Shown here one piece after another: positions 18,092 to 27,144 of a stretch of DNA of 64,000 bases. Each line of letters begins with the position of its first letter. Within the stretch, counting starts at the first letter, position 1. The DNA is taken from IMG/VR virus record IMGVR_UViG_2791355164_000002; one strand, 5' to 3'. A program made the position numbers and the translations under genes. Below the pieces are notes generated by a model that searched no databases, was not told the origin of the DNA, and saw nothing but the letters and a program-made list of their open reading frames with translations. The stretch comes from an uncultured virus (IMG/VR IMGVR_UViG_2791355164_000002) (Duplodnaviria > Heunggongvirae > Uroviricota > Caudoviricetes).

Positions 18092-18384
18092 CGACGCTGA
18101 AACCCAGACTGAACAGCCTGAATCCACATCGGCTGAAAACGATGAAAGTCGCCGATAAACGGATAACCGGCGTCACGCTTCAACAGCGTCGGCTGAAAGT
18201 CTGGCAACGTGACCCGCGCTGTGTGATGTGCGGCAAACTGACCGAATATCCGCACGGGTTCGAGCTGGATCATATTATTCCGCTCTATTTAGGCGGCGAA
18301 GATGTGATTGAAAACACCCAGATCCTCTGTTGTGGTGATGAAGGCTGTCACAAGAAAAAAACCATGCAGGACATGAAAACATGA
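18079..18384 (+). CDS. HNH endonuclease (HK97 gp74-like terminase cofactor)
   Basis: CVMCG, ELDHIIPL..GG, NTQILC...CHKKKT. Confidence 0.88.
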   Translation: MARLTTLKPRLNSLNPHRLKTMKVADKRITGVTLQQRRLKVWQRDPRCVMCGKLTEYPHGFELDHIIPLYLGGEDVIENTQILCCGDEGCHKKKTMQDMKT

Positions 18385-18548
18385 AATCTTATTCAGAATT
18401 TGAATTTATTGATGACGTTAGCGAAATTCTTGATCAGGTTGAGCAAGATACGATCGAAATTATTCGTGAAGAGGGCGATCCCGTCATGATTATTTCACGG
18501 AATGTTTACGATATGTTTATTCATGAACTCGCGCATATGATTCGTTAA
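18381..18548 (+). CDS. 55-aa Phd/YefM-like protein, no adjacent toxin (not in ORF track)
   Basis: Read by hand: MKSYSEFEFIDDVSEILDQVEQDTIEIIREEGDPVMIISRNVYDMFIHELAHMIR; ATGA overlap with the HNH stop. Confidence 0.6.
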   Translation: MKSYSEFEFIDDVSEILDQVEQDTIEIIREEGDPVMIISRNVYDMFIHELAHMIR

Positions 18549-18559
18549 CCGAGGTCATT

Positions 18560-20326
18560 ATGATCTTTACTACGGCTGATCGCATAGTGGGTGGAAAAGT
18601 TGACAGTTCAGGTGTGATCCCGCTTGAAATCTGGACTGGCTTTTCTGAGGCCGGTAAGGGTAAGGCGGTCACACCTGTTCCGCCTGCACCCGATGATATT
18701 AATCTTTTAAACCCACAAACCGATCCGCGCGTCACGTATTCTGGTCCAGCTCATCTTTACTGGTCTGATTCAGGTGTGTTGATGAAGTCGGATGAGAATG
18801 ACTGGCCGCTTGAATTTAAAAACGGTGAGCCGGTCGGTCGTAGCCTGCCCGAACCTCAAACCACGAACTTTCAAGAAAACTGTCGCGCCGTGGAAACGTC
18901 AGCGAACGTGATTGTCTCAACTGGCTCATCCCTGAATGTTGATGCGACAGGCGCACCGGATGGCGGCGGAATTTGTCTTGTCCCGGCCATCTCTGAATAC
19001 TATCTGGTTTCACAGGATGTCAACGGCATTGATCTCCAGCCTGGCACGGCTTATTCATTAACGGCTGACTGGACGCGACTCGTTTTTGCCCGAAATGTTT
19101 CCACCCAAAGCCGGACGCGAATTTGGTTAGGACGTGATCTCGATAATTCTTCCGGGATTCCGTTTGTTTTCCTGACGCAAACCAATGCAATGAATAATGG
19201 TAATTACGTGTTTTCGTGGTTTGCGCGCGTCGCTGATGCGTCAAATTTTCATGCTGGCATCGGACAAATTGAGAACAGCAATTATCCCTATTCGACGTCG
19301 CCGATTATTAATGAAAGCGATGTTCAGGGCGAAAGGGCGGCTTCTTCAGTAACCATCGCTAATCAGGGCAATTCGCAGGGTCTGGCGCTGATTTATGATG
19401 ACAGAATGATTTCAGTCATTCCCTTCAGCGGTGAAGCGTCGATTTCGTTGCCGTTTGCCACCTGGAACTGGAGTGAACGCTATCTTACCCGAATTAAGTT
19501 TCTGAGCAATATCCCAGATTTGTCGCCCATCGATATGACGGCAGAAACGTTAGATTCTCGTGTCACTTATACGGGTCCGGCACATACTTATCTGGATCAA
19601 GCCGGGAATCTTGCCACGAGCGCTGAAAACGAATGGCCGCTTGAATATGTTAATGGTCAGGTGATGGGTCGCCACGAACCCGAACCAAGTACGACAAATT
19701 ACGCGATTGATTCGGCTATTACCGATCTTGCCCAGGTTGGCACGAATGCCAGCTGGATGTTCCCTCAGGGAACCACAATCACTGTTTCAGATTCAGAAGG
19801 GAGTCAGTTTCCCATTATCAATTCTGAAAGCCTGAAAGTCTTTGTAGGGGTCTATAACGAAACGAAGGGTGCGTTTCTGGTTCCTGACACGAACCCCAAC
19901 ACGGGATCAGACTGGTCACGCGTGATTCTGCCTTTTACGAACGATATGGCTTCAGAACTTCGCTTTTATACCCAGCGCGAAACCACGACCAGTTATCTTT
20001 ATGAGAAATGTCCAGCCGTTCCCACAGGTTCCTTTGTTGCGTCTGTTTATCGCAAATTGACGTCTGAGAATATGCAAGCTACCGCGCCGCAGATTGAACC
20101 CGGAACCGTTCCGACTTCACCCATCTTCAATGGTGAAACTGAGCAGAACACCCGGAAAGCGGCAAAAGCGATTGTGACGAATCCTGGCCTCGCAACACAA
20201 ATTCAGATCGACTATTCCGATAATTCAAGAGCGATAGTGTCGTTCACGAATAATCAGGCCGTTATTCCGTTCTCTTCGCTGGCATGGTCGTCACGCTATA
20301 TCACCACCATTCGTTTCTTATACTAA
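18560..20326 (+). CDS. Two-domain virion fibre protein, probable head-spike fibre
   Basis: Two homologous domains of about 270 aa (D(P/S)RVTY(S/T)GPAH..EN(D/E)WPLE..GR..PEP.TTN..QIE...TSPI..W.WS.RY); beta-rich and Ser/Thr-rich. Confidence 0.55.
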   Translation: MIFTTADRIVGGKVDSSGVIPLEIWTGFSEAGKGKAVTPVPPAPDDINLLNPQTDPRVTYSGPAHLYWSDSGVLMKSDENDWPLEFKNGEPVGRSLPEPQTTNFQENCRAVETSANVIVSTGSSLNVDATGAPDGGGICLVPAISEYYLVSQDVNGIDLQPGTAYSLTADWTRLVFARNVSTQSRTRIWLGRDLDNSSGIPFVFLTQTNAMNNGNYVFSWFARVADASNFHAGIGQIENSNYPYSTSPIINESDVQGERAASSVTIANQGNSQGLALIYDDRMISVIPFSGEASISLPFATWNWSERYLTRIKFLSNIPDLSPIDMTAETLDSRVTYTGPAHTYLDQAGNLATSAENEWPLEYVNGQVMGRHEPEPSTTNYAIDSAITDLAQVGTNASWMFPQGTTITVSDSEGSQFPIINSESLKVFVGVYNETKGAFLVPDTNPNTGSDWSRVILPFTNDMASELRFYTQRETTTSYLYEKCPAVPTGSFVASVYRKLTSENMQATAPQIEPGTVPTSPIFNGETEQNTRKAAKAIVTNPGLATQIQIDYSDNSRAIVSFTNNQAVIPFSSLAWSSRYITTIRFLY

Positions 20327-20335
20327 CGAGGCACT

Positions 20336-20569
20336 ATGTCGGACATTAAAAACTTAACGTCAGATCCCGTTCAGATAACGGATGGCTCCAATGGTGCTCA
20401 TATCACAACATTGATCGGCGCGGTTATGTATGCCGATTCAGCATCCAGTTCTTACTGGCATATGCTCCGATCTGATGTTCTCGAAATTCGTCCGCCCACG
20501 GTGATTTATATAAAAGCGAAATCGCCAGGTGGGGCGAGTATTGTAGTAACCACATGGTCTGAATCTTAG
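20336..20569 (+). CDS. Small beta-rich protein, candidate head-spike base
   Basis: 77 aa with GAGG RBS, directly after the fibre gene. Confidence 0.5.
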   Translation: MSDIKNLTSDPVQITDGSNGAHITTLIGAVMYADSASSSYWHMLRSDVLEIRPPTVIYIKAKSPGGASIVVTTWSES

Positions 20570-20594
20570 ATTCTTAAGATTCAATATTTTCATA

Positions 20595-20846
20595 ATGTTG
20601 AGGATTAATAATATGTCTTTATTCGGTAACTCTAAGCCTTTGGATCCTGCAAAGATTCCAGATCTTTTGAACTCTATTGATTCTGGTGACCTCACATCGG
20701 TTCACCGACTGACTTCAAAGAGTGGCGATAATTTTCTGCTTGTACCTGAAGAAAAAGTTAAATCATTTTTTAGTGACTTTCATTCTGCAATTGAAGATGT
20801 TCAAAACAAATTTCAAGAAGAGATTAGCGGACTGCTTGTTAAATAA
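20595..20846 (+). CDS. Small protein, paralog A, possibly degenerate Phd/YefM-like
   Basis: Shares HRLTSKSGDNFLLVPEEK with the next ORF. Confidence 0.6.
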   Translation: MLRINNMSLFGNSKPLDPAKIPDLLNSIDSGDLTSVHRLTSKSGDNFLLVPEEKVKSFFSDFHSAIEDVQNKFQEEISGLLVK

Positions 20847-20884
20847 TCTGATTTTAATTTAAACCCTGAATTGATTTATATATC

Positions 20885-21121
20885 TTGAGGAAAAAATCTA
20901 TGGGATTTTTTGATACATTGAAAGACCTTCCCGCTGAGGAAGCGCAGCAGATTTTAGATCTTATTCATCACAGGAACCCACTCTTCGGTCATCGCCTCAC
21001 TTCAAAAAGTGGTGATAATTTTCTATTAGTACCTGAAGAAAAATTTAAAGATCATCTTAATGCATTCCATACCGCGTTGAATGCGTTTTATAACGACTAT
21101 GGCTCACCTGATAAAGGTTGA
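20885..21121 (+). CDS. Small protein, paralog B, possibly degenerate Phd/YefM-like
   Basis: Shares HRLTSKSGDNFLLVPEEK with the previous ORF. Confidence 0.6.
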   Translation: MRKKSMGFFDTLKDLPAEEAQQILDLIHHRNPLFGHRLTSKSGDNFLLVPEEKFKDHLNAFHTALNAFYNDYGSPDKG

Positions 21122-21219
21122 CTCAATCAATAATTTTATTTCGAGTTGAATTAAATCAACTGATTTGAAATTAAATAATAAAATCAATCACTTAGGTGGT
21201 TGATTTTTTTTGTGCCCAA

Positions 21220-21300
21220 TAAGTGGGGGGGGTAAAAAAAATAGTAATGTCAAGTCTTTTTAAACCTCGCCCCCAATCACTTAAATTTTTTTTTTCGTTC
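21220..21300 (+). other. Candidate cos/packaging initiation region
   Basis: G-run, then AAACCTCGCCCCCAATC, then a T-run, in a non-coding gap between HNH and terS; resembles cos regions of HK97-type phages. Confidence 0.4.
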
Positions 21301-21381
21301 TGACAGGTGATCTACCTTGACTTTTAACCAGTAGATCGTTTTCAGGTATCTGTTTAATCACCCGACTCATGAGGAGGGTAA

Positions 21382-21975
21382 ATGAGCGACCTACCGATAT
21401 TTTTGCCCGCCCCGGATGTGGCCACCATGACAAGTCTTGAGCTTGTTGGTTTCATCAATGATGTCCGGGCGAAAAAAGCAGAACAGGAAGGGAAGACGTT
21501 TCCTTGTAAAAATTTCCCTGAGTTACTCCATAAGAATTTCATCGCTAAAGTACCGAAAGTGCTCGGTTTATCATCGGCTAAATTTTTAGCCGATGATACG
21601 TTCACAACGGGTAAGGGCGCAGCCAACACCCGCAAAATCTATAAATTCCCCCGTCGCGAGGCTTGTCTGATGGCAATGTCTTACGATTATGACGCTCAGG
21701 CGCGCGTTTTTGACCGGATGGACGAGTTAGAAGGGCGAATAAATGTCAATTTTATGGACTTTTCAGCCTTTAAAACCATGACAATCGCTCAAATGCAAAC
21801 GCGCGTCACGTTAGCTGAACGATATTCGTTTGAAGAACATGGTCAGAAAGGAAGCGGATTAATGCAGTTAAGGAAAAAGGAAAAACGTCAGATTCGAAAT
21901 GCTGAAGATGTCGTGAATAAACTTTCTCAACTGGAATTGCCTGGCTTTGAAATTGAAATGCTGGAAGAAGTATGA
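21382..21975 (+). CDS. Rha-family phage regulatory protein
   Basis: MTSLEL...HKNFIAKV...YKFPRREACLMAMSY...ARVFDRMDELE. Confidence 0.75.
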   Translation: MSDLPIFLPAPDVATMTSLELVGFINDVRAKKAEQEGKTFPCKNFPELLHKNFIAKVPKVLGLSSAKFLADDTFTTGKGAANTRKIYKFPRREACLMAMSYDYDAQARVFDRMDELEGRINVNFMDFSAFKTMTIAQMQTRVTLAERYSFEEHGQKGSGLMQLRKKEKRQIRNAEDVVNKLSQLELPGFEIEMLEEV

Positions 21976-22241
21976 CAACGATTGAAAAAAATCTTCCAAA
22001 GCAATTAACAAAACTGTGTTTCGACAAAACTCCACTTCAACTCGAAGTGTGCGAAAGCATTTTTTATTTTCACCTCCACTAGTCATCAAGTCGGGAATGA
22101 AAGATTTTCGACGATTGCTTATTTCACGCGAAGCAGTTTGCAAAAAAACAAACCACTCAAAAAGAATGAGCGATAAAATAGAGTCTCCTTTAAAAGGAAA
22201 ATCAGTAATTCATCAATATACAGACCTTAAGGACATGCAAT

Positions 22242-22562
22242 ATGAAGAAAATAATGCTTATTGGCTCTTTTTTTGCTGCTGTTTCGTTCTCTGGCCTTGC
22301 TCAAGCGGTCGATTGTCCGGCTCCTGATACCGTTGTTTCTACCCATATTGAAAAAGATTCTGACGGTATTTCAAGCATGATTTACTGTTCACCTTCCTCT
22401 TCAGAATGTTCCTGGAAAGGATTCGATCCTTTTGCCACCGAAGGACATAAAGTGGTATCGCTGACCAGTGGCAGCATAGCGACCGAACACAACGGCTTAA
22501 CGTATTGTGATTACAAGCTTGATTCAGGTGATCAGATCCGACTTTCTTTGTTAAAGAAATAA
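22242..22562 (+). CDS. Secreted 4-Cys protein, paralog A (DUF3757-like)
   Basis: Signal peptide; CPAP, IYCSPS, ECSWKG, HNGLTYCDY. Confidence 0.7.
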   Translation: MKKIMLIGSFFAAVSFSGLAQAVDCPAPDTVVSTHIEKDSDGISSMIYCSPSSSECSWKGFDPFATEGHKVVSLTSGSIATEHNGLTYCDYKLDSGDQIRLSLLKK

Positions 22563-22668
22563 CTATTTATTTTTTATAACATATTTCCTAAATCCGCCTT
22601 TATGGCGGATTTTTATTTTACATAGAAATCTAACTTCCCGGTTTTGAAAAAATACGGGTGATCATCTC

Positions 22669-22875
22669 ATGAATTATCTTGAATTTATCGAAAGCAATAT
22701 TGCGTCCGAACTCCTTCGTCTCGGATTCGATAAGTCAGCGGCGAGTGCTGGCGCGCGTGAAGGTGTCGCCTTTTTTCAACGAGCAACCTCATCAGGCAAA
22801 AAGGGCAAAATATTCGAAGATTGCCTTTCTCACGCGAAATTATTCGCCAAAAAACACGATTCAAAGAAAAAATAA
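22669..22875 (+). CDS. Small hypothetical phage protein
   Basis: 68-aa ORF between the two secreted paralogs. Confidence 0.65.
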   Translation: MNYLEFIESNIASELLRLGFDKSAASAGAREGVAFFQRATSSGKKGKIFEDCLSHAKLFAKKHDSKKK

Positions 22876-22920
22876 CGCCAAAATTCCCTAATCTCTTCAA
22901 AAAGTAAGGAGAATTACCCC

Positions 22921-23241
22921 ATGTTTAAGAAAATAATGCTTATTTCAATCCTGTCTTTTGTTTCTTGTGCTGCCATTGCGGCGGAAGTGAGGTGTCCTTT
23001 GCCTGAAAACGTCCGCACCAATGGGAAAGTCCAGATTGAAGACGGGATCCCCGGTTTCATTTACTGCTCTCCTTCCACACTGGAATGCAAATGGAAGGGC
23101 ATTGACCCGATCTCTGATGAGGCAAGCCCAGTCGTTTCTGTGAATAATCCAGGCAACAAGGCTACCCAACATAACGGGCTGACGTATTGTGATTATACAC
23201 TGAAAAACGGTTCACAAATCCGTATGGCTTTAGAAAAATAA
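22921..23241 (+). CDS. Secreted Cys-rich protein, paralog B (DUF3757-like)
   Basis: Signal peptide; CPLP, IYCSPS, ECKWKG, HNGLTYCDY. Confidence 0.7.
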   Translation: MFKKIMLISILSFVSCAAIAAEVRCPLPENVRTNGKVQIEDGIPGFIYCSPSTLECKWKGIDPISDEASPVVSVNNPGNKATQHNGLTYCDYTLKNGSQIRMALEK

Positions 23242-23261
23242 ATGTAGAAAGAGACATCGTT

Positions 23262-23768
23262 ATGCTCACCACAAAAAAAAGGAATTTTGCCGAACACTGG
23301 ATGAGTGGTAATAATAAAACTCAGTCCGCCATTAAAGCCGGTTACAGTGCGGCAAGTGCAAAATATAAAGGTCACGAGCTATCAAAGGATAAAGACGTTC
23401 TGGAATACATTGAACGCATTAAGGCGATGAATCCCGCGCCAGCTCCTGCGCCTGAGCCGGTTCCGCAACCTGTTATCCCGCAACCGGCGGACCTTCCTGA
23501 AGAGGTGTCTGAAGATCCGCCTGTTCCTAAACTCGTCACCTCGAAAAAGATTAAAGATCCTCTCGTGGTCCTTGAGATGATCATGAACCAGCATCTTTAC
23601 ACCGATCCGAAGCTGGCAATGGATGCCGCCGCGAAGCTTGCGCCTTATGTGTCCGCTAAAGTCGGTGAAACCGGGAAGAAAGAGGCGAAGAACATGGCGG
23701 CGAAGAAGGCGGCAGGGGCTTTTTCAGCCATGACACCGCCTAAAATTGTCGTTAATAACGTGATTTAG
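23262..23768 (+). CDS. Terminase small subunit
   Basis: LTTKKRNFA..NKTQSAIKAGYSAASA HTH; upstream of terL. Confidence 0.88.
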   Translation: MLTTKKRNFAEHWMSGNNKTQSAIKAGYSAASAKYKGHELSKDKDVLEYIERIKAMNPAPAPAPEPVPQPVIPQPADLPEEVSEDPPVPKLVTSKKIKDPLVVLEMIMNQHLYTDPKLAMDAAAKLAPYVSAKVGETGKKEAKNMAAKKAAGAFSAMTPPKIVVNNVI

Positions 23769-24012
23769 CGGTTAAAACAACCTCAGGGGCGTCCTTTTCC
23801 TGCTTAAACTGGCGAAGATAGTCCCCCATTTCCTTAAAATCACCGCCCAGCTTTTCCATTAAACCGATCAGTTCCATCTGATGGGCGAGGGGGAGCGGAC
23901 GAAAGAAAAGCCCAAGTGTAAATTTCACCAGTTCAAGCTGGCGCGTCAGTTCTTCGGTCGTTTGATAATCTTTGTGAAGCGTAAAGTTTTCGATTATTCG
24001 GCTCGATCGCAT
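23752..24012 (-). CDS. Hypothetical protein inserted antisense between terS and terL
   Basis: 86 aa with GAGGA upstream. Confidence 0.55.
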   Translation of the reverse strand: MRSSRIIENFTLHKDYQTTEELTRQLELVKFTLGLFFRPLPLAHQMELIGLMEKLGGDFKEMGDYLRQFKQEKDAPEVVLTAKSRY

Positions 24013-24104
24013 TTTCAGACATCCTCTCGCTAGGTTTTGAGAACTTATCGATTACCTCGACCTAAAGATTCTCATTCCGAGCTTATTTTAGACAAAGGTC
24101 TTCG

Positions 24105-25763
24105 ATGGAATGGCGTACCGATTGCCCTGACTGGGCCGAACGATTACTGAATAAAAAATCGATCATCCCTCCGCCGATTTATCCTGAAACGGCTGAGATT
24201 GCGCTTAACATTTTCAAAAAACTCCGCGTGTCAGATCTCCCCGGCAAGCCCACCTTCGGGGAATGTTGCGATCAGTTCATCTTTGATTTCGTGAAAGCGA
24301 TCTTCGGCGGCTATGACGTTGAAACCGGGTTTCAGAAGATCAGAGAATATGGCCTTCTCATCAGCAAAAAAAACACGAAGTCGACCATCGCCGCAGGCGT
24401 AATGATGACGGCCCTGATTTTGTGCTGGCGCGAGGATGAAGAACACCTGATTCTGGCTCCGACGAAAGAGGTGGCGGATAACAGTTTTAAACCGGCTGCA
24501 TCGATGATCCGATCCGATGAAGAGCTGTCAGATATTTTTCACGTTCAGGACCATACCCGCACCATTACCCATCGGGTGAATCGCAATTCCCTCAAAGTGG
24601 TTGCCGCCGATACCGATACGGTGTCCGGTAAGAAGTCCGGGCGGGTGCTGGTGGATGAATTGTGGATATTCGGTAAACGCGCTAAAGCTGAATCGATGTT
24701 CATGGAAGCCCTGGGTGGTCAGGTTTCCCGAAATGAAGGATGGGTAATTTTCCTCACCACGCAAAGCGATGAACCTCCCGCCGGTATCTTCAAACAGAAG
24801 CTCGATTACTGGCGCGATGTGCGAGACGGGATCATTAAAGACCCCAAAACGCTCGGAATTTTGTATGAATTCCCGCAAGACATGATTGAAAGCAAGGCTT
24901 ACGAAGATCCGAATAACTTCTATATCACCAATCCGAACATCGGACGATCGGTCAACCGTGACTGGCTTGAAGGTGAGTTTAAGAAGTACCAGCACAAAAC
25001 GGATGGCACATATCAGCAGTTTCTGGCCAAACACCTGAACATAGAAATCGGCCTTAACCTGCGAAACGATCGGTGGCCGGGTGCGGATTACTGGGAGTCC
25101 CAGCAGGATGATTCAATCACGTTCGATTCCATCCTGAAACGTTCTGAAGTGATTTGTGTGGGTATCGATGGCGGTGGCCTGGATGACCTGCTGGGGCTGA
25201 CAATCGTCGGACGCGATAAGCATTCGCGCGAATGGCTTTCATGGTCGCATGGTTGGGCAACCCGTAAGGCGATCGAACGACGCAAGAGCGAAGAGAGCCG
25301 TCTGAATGATTTCGTTGCCAACGGTGATTTCACGATTATCGATGAAGTCGGCGAGGATTTTGAACAAATCAGCCAGATGGTGATGCAAATCTTCAATGCT
25401 GGCCTCCTCGATAAGGTCGGAATGGACCCAGCGGGGGTGGGCATGTTGCTCGATGCGATGGTTGAAGCGGGCCTTCCTCAGGATTCCATCATTGGCATCA
25501 GCCAGGGCTGGCGTCTCGGAGGCGCGATTAAGACCACTGAACGCAAGCTTGCCGAAGGCACACTGATCCATGCGAAACAACCGCTGATGAACTGGTGTGT
25601 CGGGAACGCGAAAATCGTCACCTCAAGTAATGCCACCCTTATCACCAAACAGGCGAGTGGGGTGGGCAAAATCGATCCCCTGATGGCCTTGTTCGATGCC
25701 GTATCACTGATGGCCCTTAACCCCGGACCCACGAAGAAAGATTACGGGGTTTTCTTTATCTGA
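24105..25763 (+). CDS. Terminase large subunit
   Basis: ISKKNTKST Walker A, VLVDE Walker B, GIDGGGLDD nuclease, KIDPLMA. Confidence 0.95.
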   Translation: MEWRTDCPDWAERLLNKKSIIPPPIYPETAEIALNIFKKLRVSDLPGKPTFGECCDQFIFDFVKAIFGGYDVETGFQKIREYGLLISKKNTKSTIAAGVMMTALILCWREDEEHLILAPTKEVADNSFKPAASMIRSDEELSDIFHVQDHTRTITHRVNRNSLKVVAADTDTVSGKKSGRVLVDELWIFGKRAKAESMFMEALGGQVSRNEGWVIFLTTQSDEPPAGIFKQKLDYWRDVRDGIIKDPKTLGILYEFPQDMIESKAYEDPNNFYITNPNIGRSVNRDWLEGEFKKYQHKTDGTYQQFLAKHLNIEIGLNLRNDRWPGADYWESQQDDSITFDSILKRSEVICVGIDGGGLDDLLGLTIVGRDKHSREWLSWSHGWATRKAIERRKSEESRLNDFVANGDFTIIDEVGEDFEQISQMVMQIFNAGLLDKVGMDPAGVGMLLDAMVEAGLPQDSIIGISQGWRLGGAIKTTERKLAEGTLIHAKQPLMNWCVGNAKIVTSSNATLITKQASGVGKIDPLMALFDAVSLMALNPGPTKKDYGVFFI

Positions 25764-25832
25764 GGCTTGATCGCCTCGCTTTGAGTATATACAATGTATA
25801 TATAAAATCGAGATGAAGACTCAGGAGCTAGC

Positions 25833-26054
25833 ATGAAACACGAAGAATATCAGATCCGCGACCTGGCTTTGCTGGCATCGCAGAAAGCCCATGTTGAGGC
25901 GATTCAGCGCTTAATGGTTTCTCTTCAGCAGGAACTGCGCTCAGCAGGCGTTAAAGGATCAGCTGACGCGATGCATGAGCTGAATTCTGTTATCCAGCAG
26001 CATGAGGATTCACTCAGCGCCCGATTTGATGAAGCGTTTTTTAATATGATTTAA
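25833..26054 (+). CDS. Hypothetical moron protein
   Basis: Own promoter-like region, AGGAG RBS and terminator 26060-26081. Confidence 0.7.
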   Translation: MKHEEYQIRDLALLASQKAHVEAIQRLMVSLQQELRSAGVKGSADAMHELNSVIQQHEDSLSARFDEAFFNMI

Positions 26055-26157
26055 CCTCCAAGCCGCGAAAGCGGTTTTTTTGTGTCTCGCTTCCGCTCGC
26101 TTTGATCCGTTAAATATCTGTCAATCACCGACAATCTGAATCTTTAAGTGAAAACCC

Positions 26158-26186
26158 TTGCAATGTAGATACAAAGTATCTACTAT
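26158..26186 (+). promoter_or_regulatory. Moron promoter with a palindrome in its spacer
   Basis: TTGCAA-N17-TACTAT overlapping GTAGATAC-AAA-GTATCTAC. Confidence 0.65.
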
Positions 26187-26237
26187 GTATCTCAAGGTTT
26201 GGCGATATTCGCTATGAGTTAGCAATAAGGTTAGATT

Positions 26238-26450
26238 ATGTCTGTGTTTATTTTCCTCGTGCTTTATTTTCTTCCGACTTTTATCGGGATCCTGCGTTAC
26301 CGCATGAACATCTGGGCGATCATGCTCACCAACATCTTCTTCGGTTGGACGTTCATCGGCTGGGCGCTGGCGCTGATCTGGGCGGTTAAATCGGATGAAG
26401 TAGACCGTGCCAGACATGTTATTAATGCGTTAGAAAAACGTAAAGACTGA
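26238..26450 (+). CDS. Superinfection immunity protein (T4 Imm family)
   Basis: YFLPT.I......N..AI...N.FFGWT.IGW..ALIWA signature. Confidence 0.9.
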   Translation: MSVFIFLVLYFLPTFIGILRYRMNIWAIMLTNIFFGWTFIGWALALIWAVKSDEVDRARHVINALEKRKD

Positions 26451-26559
26451 AAACAAGCCGCGAAAGCGGCTTTTTTTATGCCTTTAATCGCATGGATTAT
26501 GATTTTCTGGCGTAAAAAATTTGCGAGAATCGGGTTTTTTTTACTAAAACGGCAAAAAA

Positions 26560-26778
26560 ATGAAAACGTCTGATCTCTTAATTAATCTCGTCGCGATGAG
26601 ACAAAGCGGCGAATTCAGTCCTGATGAAGTGTTAAGCAATATTGGCGTCAGGCATGGCCGATCGATAACAGTTCCGGTGATGGGCTTCATCGTTTACCTC
26701 GATTGCGAATATCGGGAAGAAGACCTTCCCCCTTATATCCGTCCCTATACATTCGATTCGGAATCATTCTGGGGATAA
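26560..26778 (+). CDS. Hypothetical protein
   Basis: 72-aa ORF ending at a bidirectional terminator (26781-26808). Confidence 0.55.
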   Translation: MKTSDLLINLVAMRQSGEFSPDEVLSNIGVRHGRSITVPVMGFIVYLDCEYREEDLPPYIRPYTFDSESFWG

Positions 26779-26807
26779 AGAAAAAGGAGCCGTTCGGCTC
26801 CTTTTTT

Positions 26808-27083
26808 TTATTCCTTGTAGGGATTGATATTATAAAGGTTGCAATGATTGAGATAGGTTTTCAGTGCCTCAGCGCCATTAGCAGGAATGTCGACTTCATA
26901 AAATGCATAAAAGCAAGACATCGCGCGCATTTCTTCAAAGTATCCAACATAAAAACCCGTCTCTTCTTCAATTTCCACGCGAGCAACATGATTATCGATG
27001 GTGTAATAACGCACGCCATCCACTTCTTTATATTGCGGGCCTGACAGGCCGAAAAATTTTGAGAAAATCTTTTTAATTTTCAT
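26808..27083 (-). CDS. HicB-like protein, N-terminal domain only, no adjacent hicA
   Basis: TIDNHVARVEIEEETGFYVGYF......F...........GAEALKTYLNHC....INPY pattern of HicB N-domains; no C-terminal DNA-binding domain. Confidence 0.65.
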   Translation of the reverse strand: MKIKKIFSKFFGLSGPQYKEVDGVRYYTIDNHVARVEIEEETGFYVGYFEEMRAMSCFYAFYEVDIPANGAEALKTYLNHCNLYNINPYKE

Positions 27084-27144
27084 GTGTCAGCAAAGATGTC
27101 CTTGAAAGAAATGAAGGAAAAGGGCGAACGAATCGCCCTGAAGA

